Source: Candidatus Hydrogenedentota bacterium (lineage in GTDB: Bacteria; Hydrogenedentota; Hydrogenedentia; Hydrogenedentales; SLHB01). From it: a DNA stretch of 64,000 bases. The translations under genes and the position numbers were made by a program. The DNA lies in the NCBI GenBank assembly GCA_963668025.2, contig CAXXTH010000017.1, forward strand, positions 1,216,001 through 1,280,000, given 5' to 3'. This document shows, one piece after another, positions 9,547-20,432 of this stretch (its first letter is position 1; every line of letters starts with the position of its first letter). Under the pieces are notes generated by a model. It ran no database searches. It saw only the letters and a program-made list of their open reading frames with translations, and was not told the DNA's origin.

Positions 9547-11238
9547 ATGAAAACCATGCTGGCAATAGTATTTTTAGTGCTTGCTTCCGCCGGACTCGCT
9601 GCCGGTGAAGAGCCCGCATATCTCCAAATCGAAACCTGGGTGTTAGGCTTCGACCGGCTTGTTGGCCCGATCACGGGCGTTGACAACGCCGCAGTGGTCC
9701 CGGAACAGGCTTCAGAGAATAATGGCCTCGTGACTGTCGAAACCATGGGGCCATCTCTTACCCTTTCCGGAATAGGCCTCAAATTTCTCAACACACCAGA
9801 AGGAATCCGTTGGAAAGCCGCTACCGCCTCCGACGCAAAGACCTTCGAGGAACTGCAAGAGGCAGACTTGAAGGGCTACGCTCTGGTCCTCAAAAGGCAA
9901 TTATCCGTCACGATGGCGGAGAATCAGCAGACCGACATGCGGATCAATCAGGAAGCCGGACAGTATTTCGAGCCCGCTTCGGATAAGGATGAAACGCTAT
10001 TTCGATTGGTGAACATTTCGGAGTCGCCGGGGGCGGTGACATCACCAGGGATGACCTTTCGGGTGCGCGCCGAGCGTATAGGCGAGGAAACATGCCAGCT
10101 ACAGACTCATCTGACCCTCACTGAATTAGTGGAACGAGAAAACATGGACGGCGTGGCGCTCGATGTGGGCAAGCCCAGCGTGCGCAAGACGGAACTGCCG
10201 GACACCGACGCCTATTACCATCCATACACCCTTCGGTATGAAGACCTGCTGGCGACCTATGTCGAGACAGCTCCGGCGAATTCCTATCTGCTCCTCACGC
10301 GCGTTCAGAAAGCAGCCAATGAGCCGCCTGCGCCTGCAACGCCGTCCAGCACGAAACAGGCGTCCTTCTCGTTTCCCTGTTACTTGATAAAGGGCGGCAA
10401 AGACGATGCCCGGTCTTTTCGACATGCCTTTCTCAACGCGCTCATGCCCGCCAGCGACATCCCGGTGAACCAGCCGGACACGATCCCTTTCCGCACGTTG
10501 AAGTGGGATGCCCTGGCGCGATGGATGCCGGAAAATGCCTCCGCAGCTCCACCGGATTCCGAGGGATGGGCGCGTTTGAAGCAGTTACTAGACGCGAATT
10601 CGAGTTCTTGTGAACTCTTGCCTTGCCTCCGTTTGACGATAGGCGCAAAGCCAACTCCGGGATCCGGCGACTACATATTCGTGAGATCTGCTAGTCCCAA
10701 TCAGGCGCCCGTGGCTAGATTGGAAGGAAAGAACGAACAAAGCGCGTCAACCTACTACATTGACCATATGTCCGAATACTCGGATGCGTTCGATTGGCTT
10801 TTGAAAGGGATAAACCAAGCAAAGTCAGATACCTTGGGGCCCAGCATTGTTGCTGATTTTTCTACCCGTATGTTTGAACGGGATGGGCTGATACAACCAG
10901 TAGACGCAGGTATTGCCTGCGGCATCCTGGCCAAATGGCCCCAATCCGGTGATGTATCGCCGGTCCGGTTCTCCTTTCGAAGAAACACACTCACCAAGTC
11001 CGCGCGGGGCGGCAATGGGTTTCTGGCGGATATAAAGCGCCATCTGTTCGGCGAGATCAAAGGAGAGCTCATTGATAAACAGAGTTTCGATTCAACATTT
11101 ACCCTGCCGGATGGCGGGATTGTTTGTTTCGTTGGCGACGCGCTCGACACGGATGCGACGGTATTGGTGATCGCCACCATGAAGATCAGTGACCCCAATC
11201 GGCAGGGATCTTCTGAAGCGGATGAACCAGGATGGTAA
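9547..11238 (+). CDS. Secreted hypothetical protein (paralog 1)
   Basis: Signal peptide MKTMLAIVFLVLASAGLAAG; shares IETWVLGFDR, GQYFEPASD, DGVALDVGKP and KWDALARW with the next ORF. Confidence 0.8.
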   Translation: MKTMLAIVFLVLASAGLAAGEEPAYLQIETWVLGFDRLVGPITGVDNAAVVPEQASENNGLVTVETMGPSLTLSGIGLKFLNTPEGIRWKAATASDAKTFEELQEADLKGYALVLKRQLSVTMAENQQTDMRINQEAGQYFEPASDKDETLFRLVNISESPGAVTSPGMTFRVRAERIGEETCQLQTHLTLTELVERENMDGVALDVGKPSVRKTELPDTDAYYHPYTLRYEDLLATYVETAPANSYLLLTRVQKAANEPPAPATPSSTKQASFSFPCYLIKGGKDDARSFRHAFLNALMPASDIPVNQPDTIPFRTLKWDALARWMPENASAAPPDSEGWARLKQLLDANSSSCELLPCLRLTIGAKPTPGSGDYIFVRSASPNQAPVARLEGKNEQSASTYYIDHMSEYSDAFDWLLKGINQAKSDTLGPSIVADFSTRMFERDGLIQPVDAGIACGILAKWPQSGDVSPVRFSFRRNTLTKSARGGNGFLADIKRHLFGEIKGELIDKQSFDSTFTLPDGGIVCFVGDALDTDATVLVIATMKISDPNRQGSSEADEPGW

Positions 11239-11288
11239 TGGTTTGTCCACTCGACCAGGATTCAATCCATTTTTAGGAGTCTAGCACC

Positions 11289-12941
11289 ATGAAGACCATG
11301 CCGGCGCTAATAATATGGGCGCTTGTTTTCACGGGAATCGCCGTTGGTGAAGAGCCCGTGAGCTTCGAAATCGAAACCTGGGTGCTGGGATTCGACCGGA
11401 CTGTTGGCCCCATTGCCCTTGTTGGCCAAAACGCGCCTCAGGGACAGATTTCGGGAGATAAAAGCCTGCCAAGCCTCATGAAAGCCGTAACCGAAGGATC
11501 GCCTCTTCTCGTATCTGGTATAGGCCTAGCGTTTTTCAGTACGCCGGAAGGAATTCGTTGGACCGCCTCTGCGGACGGCCACGGCAACACAAAGACCTTC
11601 GATGAATTGGAGGGAGCGGATTTAAAGGGATGCTCTTTTGTTTTCAAGAAGCAGCTATGGGCCGTAACAACGGAGAATCAGCTTGTCTCGATGCGGATCT
11701 TGCAGGAAAGCGGGCAGTATTTTGAGCCCGCCTCGGATACGGATGAGACGCTCTTCAACCTGGTGAACATGATGGAATCACCAGGGATGGAGCTGCGGAT
11801 GTTTGCCGAGGACATTGGGGAGGAAATCTGCCAGCTACACACCCAAGTGGCGCTCACTGAATTGGTGGAACGGGAGAAGATGGATGGCGTGGCGCTCGAT
11901 GTGGGCAAGCCCTGCGTACGAAAAACGGAACTGCCAGACGCAGGCGACTTTGGCAAGAGCGCCCTTCGATACGGCTCCCTGCTGGCGACCTACTTTGAAA
12001 CCGCCGCGACCAATTCCTATTTGCTCCTTACGCGCGTCCAGAAACCATCTGGGCCGGGCCAACACACCGTATCGCCCTACAGAGGGCAGGCTTCTTTCAG
12101 TATGCCTGTTATTGTGATAAAGGGCGACAAGAACGATCCTCATTCCTTTCGCCGTGCTTTTCTAGACGCGATCGTACCAGCCAGTGACATCACGGTGAAT
12201 CAAACTGGGGTCGTTCCTTTCCGTACCATGAAATGGGATGCGCTGGCGCGATGGACGCCCCAAGACATATCGGCAGCCACGGAACCGGAACGTCTCCGGC
12301 AAATACTATGCGGCTCAACATGCTGTGAGCTTATCTCAAGTCCCCGGCTGACAACGGGAACACGCCCTATTTCTGAATTGGATGGCAGCATAGTAAAAGT
12401 GGTGTCCTCCAAACCCGATCCTTTTCCTGCGGACACAGGGGAGAAAGCAGCGGAGCAACGCGACGCCATCCGGGAATACGCCCCTCTCACGATTGACGGC
12501 ATACTGGAACAGCTTTCAAAAGGGAAAAATCGGGCGAAATCGGACGTTATGAAGCCGGGCATCCTCACGGATGTATCGATATTCAAATATGAGCAGGATG
12601 GCGTGGAATACCACGCGAATGTAGGACTTGTATTCGGCGTCATGGCTAGATGGCCCAAGTCCGGCGGGCCATTGCCCGTCCGATATTTGTTCCGAAACTT
12701 CACACGGAACGAGTCCGCATTTGACGAAAGCACGCTCATCAAGGGAATGAAGCATCTGAAAAACAGCGCCGGTGAGCCCGTGAATACGCAGGCAATTGAC
12801 GCGGATTTCACGCTGGCGGAGAACGCCTTTGCAGCCTTCGCCATGGATGCGGCCGATATGGACGCGACTCTTTTGGCCATTGTCACCGTTAAAACACCCG
12901 ACGCAAATGGACAATGGAATTTTAAATCGGGTGAATGGTAG
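11289..12941 (+). CDS. Secreted hypothetical protein (paralog 2)
   Basis: Signal peptide; collinear similarity to 9547-11238; AGGAG RBS. Confidence 0.8.
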   Translation: MKTMPALIIWALVFTGIAVGEEPVSFEIETWVLGFDRTVGPIALVGQNAPQGQISGDKSLPSLMKAVTEGSPLLVSGIGLAFFSTPEGIRWTASADGHGNTKTFDELEGADLKGCSFVFKKQLWAVTTENQLVSMRILQESGQYFEPASDTDETLFNLVNMMESPGMELRMFAEDIGEEICQLHTQVALTELVEREKMDGVALDVGKPCVRKTELPDAGDFGKSALRYGSLLATYFETAATNSYLLLTRVQKPSGPGQHTVSPYRGQASFSMPVIVIKGDKNDPHSFRRAFLDAIVPASDITVNQTGVVPFRTMKWDALARWTPQDISAATEPERLRQILCGSTCCELISSPRLTTGTRPISELDGSIVKVVSSKPDPFPADTGEKAAEQRDAIREYAPLTIDGILEQLSKGKNRAKSDVMKPGILTDVSIFKYEQDGVEYHANVGLVFGVMARWPKSGGPLPVRYLFRNFTRNESAFDESTLIKGMKHLKNSAGEPVNTQAIDADFTLAENAFAAFAMDAADMDATLLAIVTVKTPDANGQWNFKSGEW

Positions 12942-13294
12942 TGATTTAACCAATTGGCGCTAGATGCCCACTGGGGGGCGCCGGTCCCACACCTTGATTA
13001 TGACAAAAGTGTGGGGCCGCCGCCCCTGGTGGTTGTTAGTGGAATGTGGTGCGTCATCGATGCCATGATGCAGCCATAAAGGCCAAATAGCCCGCCATGG
13101 CGTTATTCGATAACGCCATTCCATATTGCTTCAGCCTGCGCGGTTGCAGCGCACCGAGGCTCTTGGTACACTTCATGTTCACCGGGCGCGTGTTTGCCAG
13201 GAGAATGACAGCTCATGCGCCGCTTCGTAACGCCAGGCCGGCGGACGGCAAGGGCGGCGCTTTGAACCCATTTTGCAAAGGGAGTTACAACGAG

Positions 13295-13861
13295 ATGATG
13301 GTAATGAGATGGATTGCAGGCAGCATGATGGCGGCATTTGTGTGTGTATTGGCGGCCTCGGCGCCGGTTTCGGCGCAGGAGAACACGGCAGCCGCCGCGC
13401 CGCGTGCTCAGAAAATTGGAGTCGTGGACCGTTCTAAAGTAATGGCGGGCTACACCAAATTCCAAACCGCGCGCACAACCCTCGAAGCGGAGATGAAGGC
13501 GAATAATGCGCAACTCGATCAGCGCGAGGCGGACCTGAAGAAACTTAAAGAGGAATATGAAAAGAGTGGCAATACATGGTCCGCGGATGTACGGTCGCAA
13601 AAACAGCAGGACGCCGAATCAAAGGTCATCACCTTCCGCGCGGAACTCAACCGGCTTCAGGCGGAATTGAACAGCAAATCCAATTCGCTCACCAAGACCA
13701 CTAAAGACGAGATCGAAACGGCCATACGCGAGATCGGCCAGGCGGGAAGCTATGACTTGATTCTCGAAGGGAATCCGGAGAGCGCATCCGGCGTGTTGTA
13801 TTTTGCGGCGGGGATCGACATTACCCAGGCGGTAATAGACAAGCTCAATAATAAAAAATAA
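13295..13861 (+). CDS. skp: OmpH/Skp outer-membrane chaperone
   Basis: Signal peptide, KIGVVD, coiled coil, YDLIL...VLY...DITQAVIDKLN. Confidence 0.88.
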   Translation: MMVMRWIAGSMMAAFVCVLAASAPVSAQENTAAAAPRAQKIGVVDRSKVMAGYTKFQTARTTLEAEMKANNAQLDQREADLKKLKEEYEKSGNTWSADVRSQKQQDAESKVITFRAELNRLQAELNSKSNSLTKTTKDEIETAIREIGQAGSYDLILEGNPESASGVLYFAAGIDITQAVIDKLNNKK

Positions 13862-13998
13862 ACCGCTCGTATAAATGGATTTAGGTTTATGCGCGCCTTG
13901 GGCGGCGGAATCGCCCAGCGGATACGAATGGAAACCAGCTCGTCCGGTTGCGGCGTTGTGGTATTTCCACCGCTCACACCATATGGGGATAATGGCGG

Positions 13999-16032
13999 AT
14001 GTTTGATATTGTAGTGCCAGTGTTTAATGCCATGCACCATGTTCGCGCTTGCATCGAGAGCGTATTCCGCTACTCCGCGCTGCCATTTCACTTGTATATC
14101 GTGGATGACGCCAGCAAATCGTACACCGCCCAAGCCATGGCGGAACAGCTTGCCCAGTATGATCCAAGCTTGTACACGATCGTCACGAATGAAGAAAACA
14201 TGGGCTATCTGAAGTCTTGCAATGCGGGCATCGCGGCGGGCTCGAACCCCTATGTGGTCGCCCTCAACTCAGACGCCATGGCGACCCCAGGCTATTTGGA
14301 GAAAGTGCGGGACGCCTTCGAGTCCGATCCGTCTATCGCTATCCTCAATCCGGTCTCGAATTGGGCGAATTGGACTCGAATCTCCTTCCCGGAAGGATAT
14401 AACGTCATTGAACTTACCGAGGAAGTGGCGAATCTGTCCTATGGAGAAATCCCGGATATCTACAATGCCTCCGGCTTTTTTTTCGCCATGCGGCGCGACG
14501 CCTTGGACAAGATAGGCGTGTTCGACGAGGCGTATGGAGCGGGATATTGGGAGGAAACGGATCTTTGCATGCGCGCCTTGCAGGCAGGCTACCGCGTGGT
14601 AGTGGATGACAGTCTCTATATTTTCCACCACGGATGGGGCACTTTTGCCGATGATGGGCGCAACGAGAACATGTCGAAGAATGAGGCCGTTTTCATGAAG
14701 CGGTGGGGCGCGCAGTACGAGCCGCTCAAAAACGATTGGAAAAAACGCAATCCGATCGCCTATTTGCAGCGCCGCCTCGAAAAACCGGCGTTATGGGAAC
14801 GCAAAGGCCTGCTTTCCTCGACGGGCCGGGGCCTGTCGGTGGCCCAGGTCCAGCGCAGGCTGGATACGTTGATGGACCTCGACGCCAGCCTGGAACAGAT
14901 CATGGCGGATATCAAGAAGCATACGCCTGAAACGGAAGCTCCGTCGGAACGCCGTAAAGTGATCTATATCCTGCCCGCCGTCGTGTTGTATGGGGGCATT
15001 ATTTCGGCCTTGCAAGTCGTGAACCAGCTTGTCATGCGCGGCTACGACGCTAATGTGGCCACGTACGGGAAAGTGGACGAAAGCGTATTCAAGCTGTTTC
15101 CCACGTATTTCCGCCCGTATAGCTTCCCCGACATGGCTACCATGGTGGCGGAATTCCCCGATTGCGACTTGGTCGTGGCGACGAAATGGGAGACCGTGTA
15201 CGCCGCGCAGGTGCTTAAAGAAATCAAGCCCGAATTGGAATTGGCTTATTACGTGCAAGATTTCGAGCCGGATTTCTACCTCCCCGAGCATCCCAATCTC
15301 GCCGCCCAGGCGGAGCGGACGTATTCGCTTGTCCGCCACCAGATCGTGAAAACGCGCTGGCTCCAGGAGCTAATCGAACAATATGGCGGCCAGGTGCGCC
15401 GGATTCCGCTCGGCTTGAATCTGGATTATTTCCACCACACCGAGCGCAAGCGCGTGCTGCAAATCATCTCCCTGGCGCGGCCTTCCTCGCTGCGCCGCAA
15501 CTTCGATATGCTGAAAGCCGTGTATGCGGAGCTGCATAAGCGCCGCCCGGATATCCAGCTCGCATTATATGGCGAAGGCTATACGCGCGCCGATTTGCCG
15601 TTCCCGGTGAAATCCTACGGCAAGCTCACGAAGCTTGAAGATGTGGCCCATGTGCTGAATACATCCACTATTCTGTTGGATTGCTCGACATTCCAGGGAT
15701 TTGGCCGTCCTGGCCTCGAGGCCATGGCGTGTGGCGCGGCTGCCGTTCTTACGCGCGAAGGCGGCATCACGCAATACGCCAAGCACGACTACAACTGCCT
15801 CCTCATCGATCCAAATGACAAGATGGATATCGTGACCGAGATTCTCGAATTGATCGATAACCCCCCAAAACGGGCTTATCTGGTCCACAACGGTTATAAA
15901 ACAGCGAAAGAATATTCCCTCGACCTCGAGGGCGGGCGCACGGCGGCTTTCCTCGAAGAGCTTGGCCTGCGAACCTCCATGCCGAGTTGCGCCGCCAATG
16001 CGGTTGGCCACGAACCAAACGGAATAGCGTAA
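13999..16032 (+). CDS. Fused glycosyltransferase (GT2 N-terminal plus WsaF/GT4-like C-terminal domain)
   Basis: IVVPVFN, VDDAS, LNSD and YWEETD motifs; C-terminal VVATKWET, YYVQDFEP and GFGRPGLEAMACG. Confidence 0.88.
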   Translation: MFDIVVPVFNAMHHVRACIESVFRYSALPFHLYIVDDASKSYTAQAMAEQLAQYDPSLYTIVTNEENMGYLKSCNAGIAAGSNPYVVALNSDAMATPGYLEKVRDAFESDPSIAILNPVSNWANWTRISFPEGYNVIELTEEVANLSYGEIPDIYNASGFFFAMRRDALDKIGVFDEAYGAGYWEETDLCMRALQAGYRVVVDDSLYIFHHGWGTFADDGRNENMSKNEAVFMKRWGAQYEPLKNDWKKRNPIAYLQRRLEKPALWERKGLLSSTGRGLSVAQVQRRLDTLMDLDASLEQIMADIKKHTPETEAPSERRKVIYILPAVVLYGGIISALQVVNQLVMRGYDANVATYGKVDESVFKLFPTYFRPYSFPDMATMVAEFPDCDLVVATKWETVYAAQVLKEIKPELELAYYVQDFEPDFYLPEHPNLAAQAERTYSLVRHQIVKTRWLQELIEQYGGQVRRIPLGLNLDYFHHTERKRVLQIISLARPSSLRRNFDMLKAVYAELHKRRPDIQLALYGEGYTRADLPFPVKSYGKLTKLEDVAHVLNTSTILLDCSTFQGFGRPGLEAMACGAAAVLTREGGITQYAKHDYNCLLIDPNDKMDIVTEILELIDNPPKRAYLVHNGYKTAKEYSLDLEGGRTAAFLEELGLRTSMPSCAANAVGHEPNGIA

Positions 16033-16111
16033 CCGCAACCAATATCCTTCACTACACCACGAATGGACGCGAATGAACGCCAATAAATATTTCTCCGTGT
16101 TTTTAACTCCC

Positions 16112-16134
16112 GTAGCATGGGCGTCTCGCCCATG
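16112..16134 (+). repeat. GTAG-type REP-like hairpin (further copies at 21622-21644, 30052-30074 minus, 49262-49284)
   Basis: GTAGCATGGGCGTCTCGCCCATG and close variants seen four times, all intergenic. Confidence 0.75.
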
Positions 16135-16509
16135 TGATGAGTAAGATTCAAACAAAACGCATGCAAAGAGCCGGGATATGTGGCTCCAAAATCTTCGCGC
16201 TCTTCACGAAAGCAGATTCTAGTTCTTTATAATGTGGGGCCAGCGCCCCCGCTGGCCATCGGTTTTTATGCAATCAAAGTGTACCAATTAAACACATACA
16301 TGCCTATTGTGTATGCAACCGCGTTCCTTTTTGTTTTTTTATGTTCGTATAGGTAGAATATACGCAGATTCAAAATTGGCGGCTTTCGTACGGTTTCAAT
16401 ATTCCGAGGCCCTCCGGAACTAGGTCCGGGAGGGCATCGTGGCAGGTATCCGGTAACGCACACGAAATGCCGCATGACTAGGCGCTGCAAGCAACTAAAG
16501 GAGCAAAAC

Positions 16510-17883
16510 ATGGCTACGACACCGTTTTCGACGTTGGAATGGGGCAAAGTGGATCTCACCCGCTACCCGAACATGGTGGCGCCCCCGCCAGGGCCAAAAT
16601 CCAAGGACCTCCATGGCCGCTGCACGAAGTACTTCAAAGGTCTCAGCAGCCAGGTGAAGCTTTTCCCGGTGGCCTTCGAGTCGGGTGAGGGCTGCGTCCT
16701 GCGCGACGTGGACGGCAACGAGTATATCGACTTTTCGTCGGGCATCTACGTCACCACGTTGGGCCATTGCCATCCGAAAATCAGCGAGGCCGTGGCGAAA
16801 TACGCCCATACGCTCATGAACGCCCATGACTTCACGACACCCATCAAGACGGCGCTCGTCGAGAAATTGGCCGAGATTTTGCCGGGCGATTTGAATGGAT
16901 TCCAGTTCTACGACTCGGGCACGACGGCGGTCGAAGCGGGCCAGCGCGTCCTGCGCGCCGCCACGAAGCACAACGAGATGCTTTCGTGCTTCAATGATTA
17001 CCATGGCAAGACTTATGGCGCGGTATCCATGGGGCAGATCCGTGGGGCCGTATATGGAGCCGTGCGTGCGCCCGGCATGCACATGGTGCCGCGTCCAGAT
17101 GCCTACCACCCCCTGTGGACCAAAGCCGACGGAACCATTGACACCGATCAGTATCTGAAGTTTTACGCGGAATATCTCGACAAAGCGACCGTGCATGACG
17201 TGGCGGGATTCGTACTCGAACCCATCCAAGGATGGGGCGGCTCGGTCATGCCTCCCGACGATTTTTTCCCGAAGCTGCGCGCTTTCTGCGACGCCCGCGG
17301 CCTGCTGCTCATGGCCGACGAGGTGCTCACGAGCTGGGGCCGCACAGGCAAATGGCTCTGCATGGAAAACTGGGGCGTCCTGCCCGATGTCGTCACGATC
17401 GGCAAAGGCTTCGGCAACGGCTTCCCGGTCACCTGCGTGGCCGTGCGCGAGCCGTATAAAGAGAGCTTCGAGTCTATCTCGGCGTCGAGCAGTTACGGCG
17501 GCAATCCAATGGCCTGCGCGGCGGCGCTGGCGTCCATCGAGGTCATCGAGGAGGAGAATCTGCTCGAGCATTCGGCGCACCTGGGTGAAATCGCCCTCAA
17601 GCGCATGGAGAAGATGAAAGACGAGCACCCCATCGTGGGCGATGTGCGCGCCAAGGGCTGCCTGATGGGCATCGAGCTCGTGAAAGACAAAGCCACGAAG
17701 GAGCCTTTCGACGAGGCCGGCAAGCGCGTTTACCAAAAGGCCTTCGCGAAAGGCCTCGCCTGGATCCCCGCAGGCCATATCCTCCGCATGAGCCCGCCCA
17801 TTGTCATGGACGATGCTACGCTCCTGAAAGCGCTCGATATGATCGACGAAGCCATCGGCGAGACCGAGAAAGAATTGATGTAA
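16510..17883 (+). CDS. Class III PLP-dependent aminotransferase (GabT-like)
   Basis: DVDGNEYIDF, LGHCHP, EPIQG, ADEV, GKGFGNGFP and YGGNP motifs. Confidence 0.9.
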   Translation: MATTPFSTLEWGKVDLTRYPNMVAPPPGPKSKDLHGRCTKYFKGLSSQVKLFPVAFESGEGCVLRDVDGNEYIDFSSGIYVTTLGHCHPKISEAVAKYAHTLMNAHDFTTPIKTALVEKLAEILPGDLNGFQFYDSGTTAVEAGQRVLRAATKHNEMLSCFNDYHGKTYGAVSMGQIRGAVYGAVRAPGMHMVPRPDAYHPLWTKADGTIDTDQYLKFYAEYLDKATVHDVAGFVLEPIQGWGGSVMPPDDFFPKLRAFCDARGLLLMADEVLTSWGRTGKWLCMENWGVLPDVVTIGKGFGNGFPVTCVAVREPYKESFESISASSSYGGNPMACAAALASIEVIEEENLLEHSAHLGEIALKRMEKMKDEHPIVGDVRAKGCLMGIELVKDKATKEPFDEAGKRVYQKAFAKGLAWIPAGHILRMSPPIVMDDATLLKALDMIDEAIGETEKELM

Positions 17884-17917
17884 CCAATAGCGCTTGGCGC
17901 ATAGGCGTCTAATCAGG

Positions 17918-17960
17918 AAAAACGCGCGGAACACGTTGGAAGTGATTCCGCGCTTTTTTG
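17918..17960 (+). terminator. Probable intrinsic terminator
   Basis: gcgcggaa...ttccgcgc stem followed by T-run after the aminotransferase. Confidence 0.55.
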
Positions 17961-18307
17961 TAGGCCTAAGCAAGCGCTTACTTTTTTAAGGACAGTAATA
18001 CTATTTCCGGGAAGTGCTTAAAAATAACGGATTTACAGCATAATCCCTTGGAAAGCAATACACCCGGAATCACCTATTACCGGCTTAATCGAACCTTTCC
18101 CTTGACAAAACGCTGGTTTGGGTCTATGCTGGCGTTGGTCAGTGTTTTAAAAGTGCAAATATTGCGTATCTCTTTAGGTATGCGTTTACCTATTCGGAGA
18201 GAGGCGCATCCAGAGCGGCATGGAATACCGGCCATTCCTCATACGGCCAAACGGCGGGGTATGAGTGAAGAATAGGGCGAGAATGCAACAAAAACGGAGG
18301 ATGAGCA

Positions 18308-19774
18308 ATGAGTAGGAGACTTGGTATTTTTCTGATGCTGCTGGCGATATGCTGCCTGTATGCAACATCCAGCCAGGCGGTGATTATCCACGTCGCTAAG
18401 AGCTATGCGGAAATCGAACGGTTGAATGAGTCGGGAGGAGTCTGGACGGATGGCGTCGATAACGCCGACTATTATGAATTTCGCGTGAACAATATCGGCC
18501 GTCTGAAAAGTGCGTGGACCTGGAATGGGGGCGAGGCGCTCCGGCATACGGTCCAAGACTACACCGACCCGGCCACGAGCACGGTCTATCCCAACATGAG
18601 CATCATCTATTTTGAGGACAGCAGCACTTATAATGTGCGTGATGATGTGACAACGTATACTCCCGATGCCGGTATTGAAAACCTCTTCTTTGACTGGTGG
18701 GGCATGTTTTTTGATGCGACGAACGGATTTGGCTCCGACGGCCACGGTGGTATTGCGATGATCGCTGCCGATGGACAAGCGCCGGTCATCGACTATTCCA
18801 CGGTTTCAACCAGCCAATGGGGTGCTGGACGTAATTTTGTGTTAACCGCCAACCACAAAGCGGGCCAAATCTATTACTTTTTTGAGGGACTACATTTTAC
18901 CGACACCGCGACAGGATATGGCGATCCTTGGGGCAGCGGCGCTTTTGCCAACGGCGGCGATGGTTCGGTTCCTGGTTTCCGGGACTGTGAGTTTAACATT
19001 ATTCACCAAACCTTTGGGTCCGGTGGTGGCCAGACACATACCATGCTCAATGGCCCGGAATATTATCATTGCGCATTCCGTCTCCTGGGCGATTCTTCGG
19101 TAGCGGATCGTGTGTTTGATCCCTACGGCAGCCTTACCGGCGGCGATGGCAGCGTCGATTTCGTCGATTGCACGTTTATTGCCGCGGACGCCAATTCCAT
19201 TTGGTCCCCTGGCACGAACCAAATCACCACGGGCAATGCTTATACGTTCACGCGCTGTATTTTCAACAACATCGACCATCTGCAACAAGATGACGCGGAT
19301 GTGGTGACGGGTTATACGGACAACTGCGAGTGGCCGGCATTCGCGGGAACGGTGCTCAAGCCTGCGGGTGAAACCGGCACGCTCACCGAAGATCCCCAAT
19401 TGGTGGACATCACCGCGGACGATTTCTGGCGCATCGCCGATACATCGCCGTGCGTGGTTCCTAGCGGCTCCAATATCGGCTACGACAAAGATGCGGGCGG
19501 AGCCGTGGATACCGATGGCGACGGCTTGGCGGACACCGTCGAGACCGATACCGGCGTGTATGTCAGCCCGACGGATACCGGCACGGACCCGGCCGTAGCG
19601 GACACCGACGGCGATACCTATAACGACGGCGATGAAGTGGATGCGGGAACGGATCCGACGGATCCGGCGTCATTCCCGGGCAGCGGTTCGGAATTGCCTG
19701 CCGCGTCCCTGTTGGGTCTTGCGGCGCTCATTAGCGCGACAATTAGCGCTGCCGCGCGCCGCCTTCGCGCATAG
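18308..19774 (+). CDS. Secreted/surface protein with Ca-binding DTDGDG repeats and a C-terminal membrane-anchor/sorting motif
   Basis: Signal peptide; DTDGDGLAD and DTDGDTYNDGDEV repeats; C-terminal LPAASLLGLAALISATISAAARRLRA. Confidence 0.75.
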   Translation: MSRRLGIFLMLLAICCLYATSSQAVIIHVAKSYAEIERLNESGGVWTDGVDNADYYEFRVNNIGRLKSAWTWNGGEALRHTVQDYTDPATSTVYPNMSIIYFEDSSTYNVRDDVTTYTPDAGIENLFFDWWGMFFDATNGFGSDGHGGIAMIAADGQAPVIDYSTVSTSQWGAGRNFVLTANHKAGQIYYFFEGLHFTDTATGYGDPWGSGAFANGGDGSVPGFRDCEFNIIHQTFGSGGGQTHTMLNGPEYYHCAFRLLGDSSVADRVFDPYGSLTGGDGSVDFVDCTFIAADANSIWSPGTNQITTGNAYTFTRCIFNNIDHLQQDDADVVTGYTDNCEWPAFAGTVLKPAGETGTLTEDPQLVDITADDFWRIADTSPCVVPSGSNIGYDKDAGGAVDTDGDGLADTVETDTGVYVSPTDTGTDPAVADTDGDTYNDGDEVDAGTDPTDPASFPGSGSELPAASLLGLAALISATISAAARRLRA

Positions 19775-19796
19775 CCACTTGGGCTTTGCTCCAATA

Positions 19797-19843
19797 GCCG
19801 GGGCCGCTTCCACGCTCAACAGGGAAGCGGCCCCGGCGCTTTT
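19797..19843. terminator. Intrinsic terminator between convergent genes
   Basis: gccggggccgcttcc / ggaagcggccccggc stem followed by gcttttt. Confidence 0.75.
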
Positions 19844-19850
19844 TATGGAT

Positions 19851-20363
19851 TCAACAGGTGTGAAGGGCGTCGTACAACGCGGTGAGTTCGCGGTGCGCCT
19901 TGAAAGCCAGCGGCGGCCGCGCTTCCTTGGTGAAGAAACCCAAGTCCAATGCGTCCGACATCGCGGCGGCCTCGCCTCCCCATTCCTCGATGAGATACCC
20001 CAGTACGACCACGGAGCCAGACAATGGGCTGGGCTGGGTGCTTACGCCCAGGAGGCGCACGCCATGGGCGCGCAAACCGGTTTCCTCGAGTAATTCCCGT
20101 ATGGCAGCCTCTTCGGTGGTCTCGCCCATTTCCACGAAACCGCCCGGCAGCGACCATTGGCCGTAGCACGGTTCAATGGCGCGCTGGACCAGCAGAAGTT
20201 CGCTGCCGCGCGTAACGAAACAGCAACATGCCGGAACGGGGTTCGAGTAAAAGAACCGCTGGCAGCCGGCGCAATGCGGCCGTTCGCTCTCGCCATCATG
20301 GCGAAGCGCCAGCGGTTTCCCGCAAGTAGGGCAGAAGTTCCAAGCGAAAGGGCGTGCATTCAT
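19851..20363 (-). CDS. NUDIX hydrolase with N-terminal zinc ribbon
   Basis: FCPTCG...C-x2-C; GGFVEMGETTEEAAIRELLEETG Nudix box. Confidence 0.92.
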   Translation of the reverse strand: MNARPFAWNFCPTCGKPLALRHDGESERPHCAGCQRFFYSNPVPACCCFVTRGSELLLVQRAIEPCYGQWSLPGGFVEMGETTEEAAIRELLEETGLRAHGVRLLGVSTQPSPLSGSVVVLGYLIEEWGGEAAAMSDALDLGFFTKEARPPLAFKAHRELTALYDALHTC

Positions 20364-20432
20364 CGTCAATACCTTAACTAAGCAACAAGGCGGCTCTTTA
20401 GGAGCGGCATGCCGCCGCCTTGTTGTTTCCGA

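Noticed and set aside
12966-13032. Possible ncRNA or tRNA in a long imperfect hairpin
   Set aside because: No cloverleaf or known motif; more likely a terminator or REP-like palindrome.
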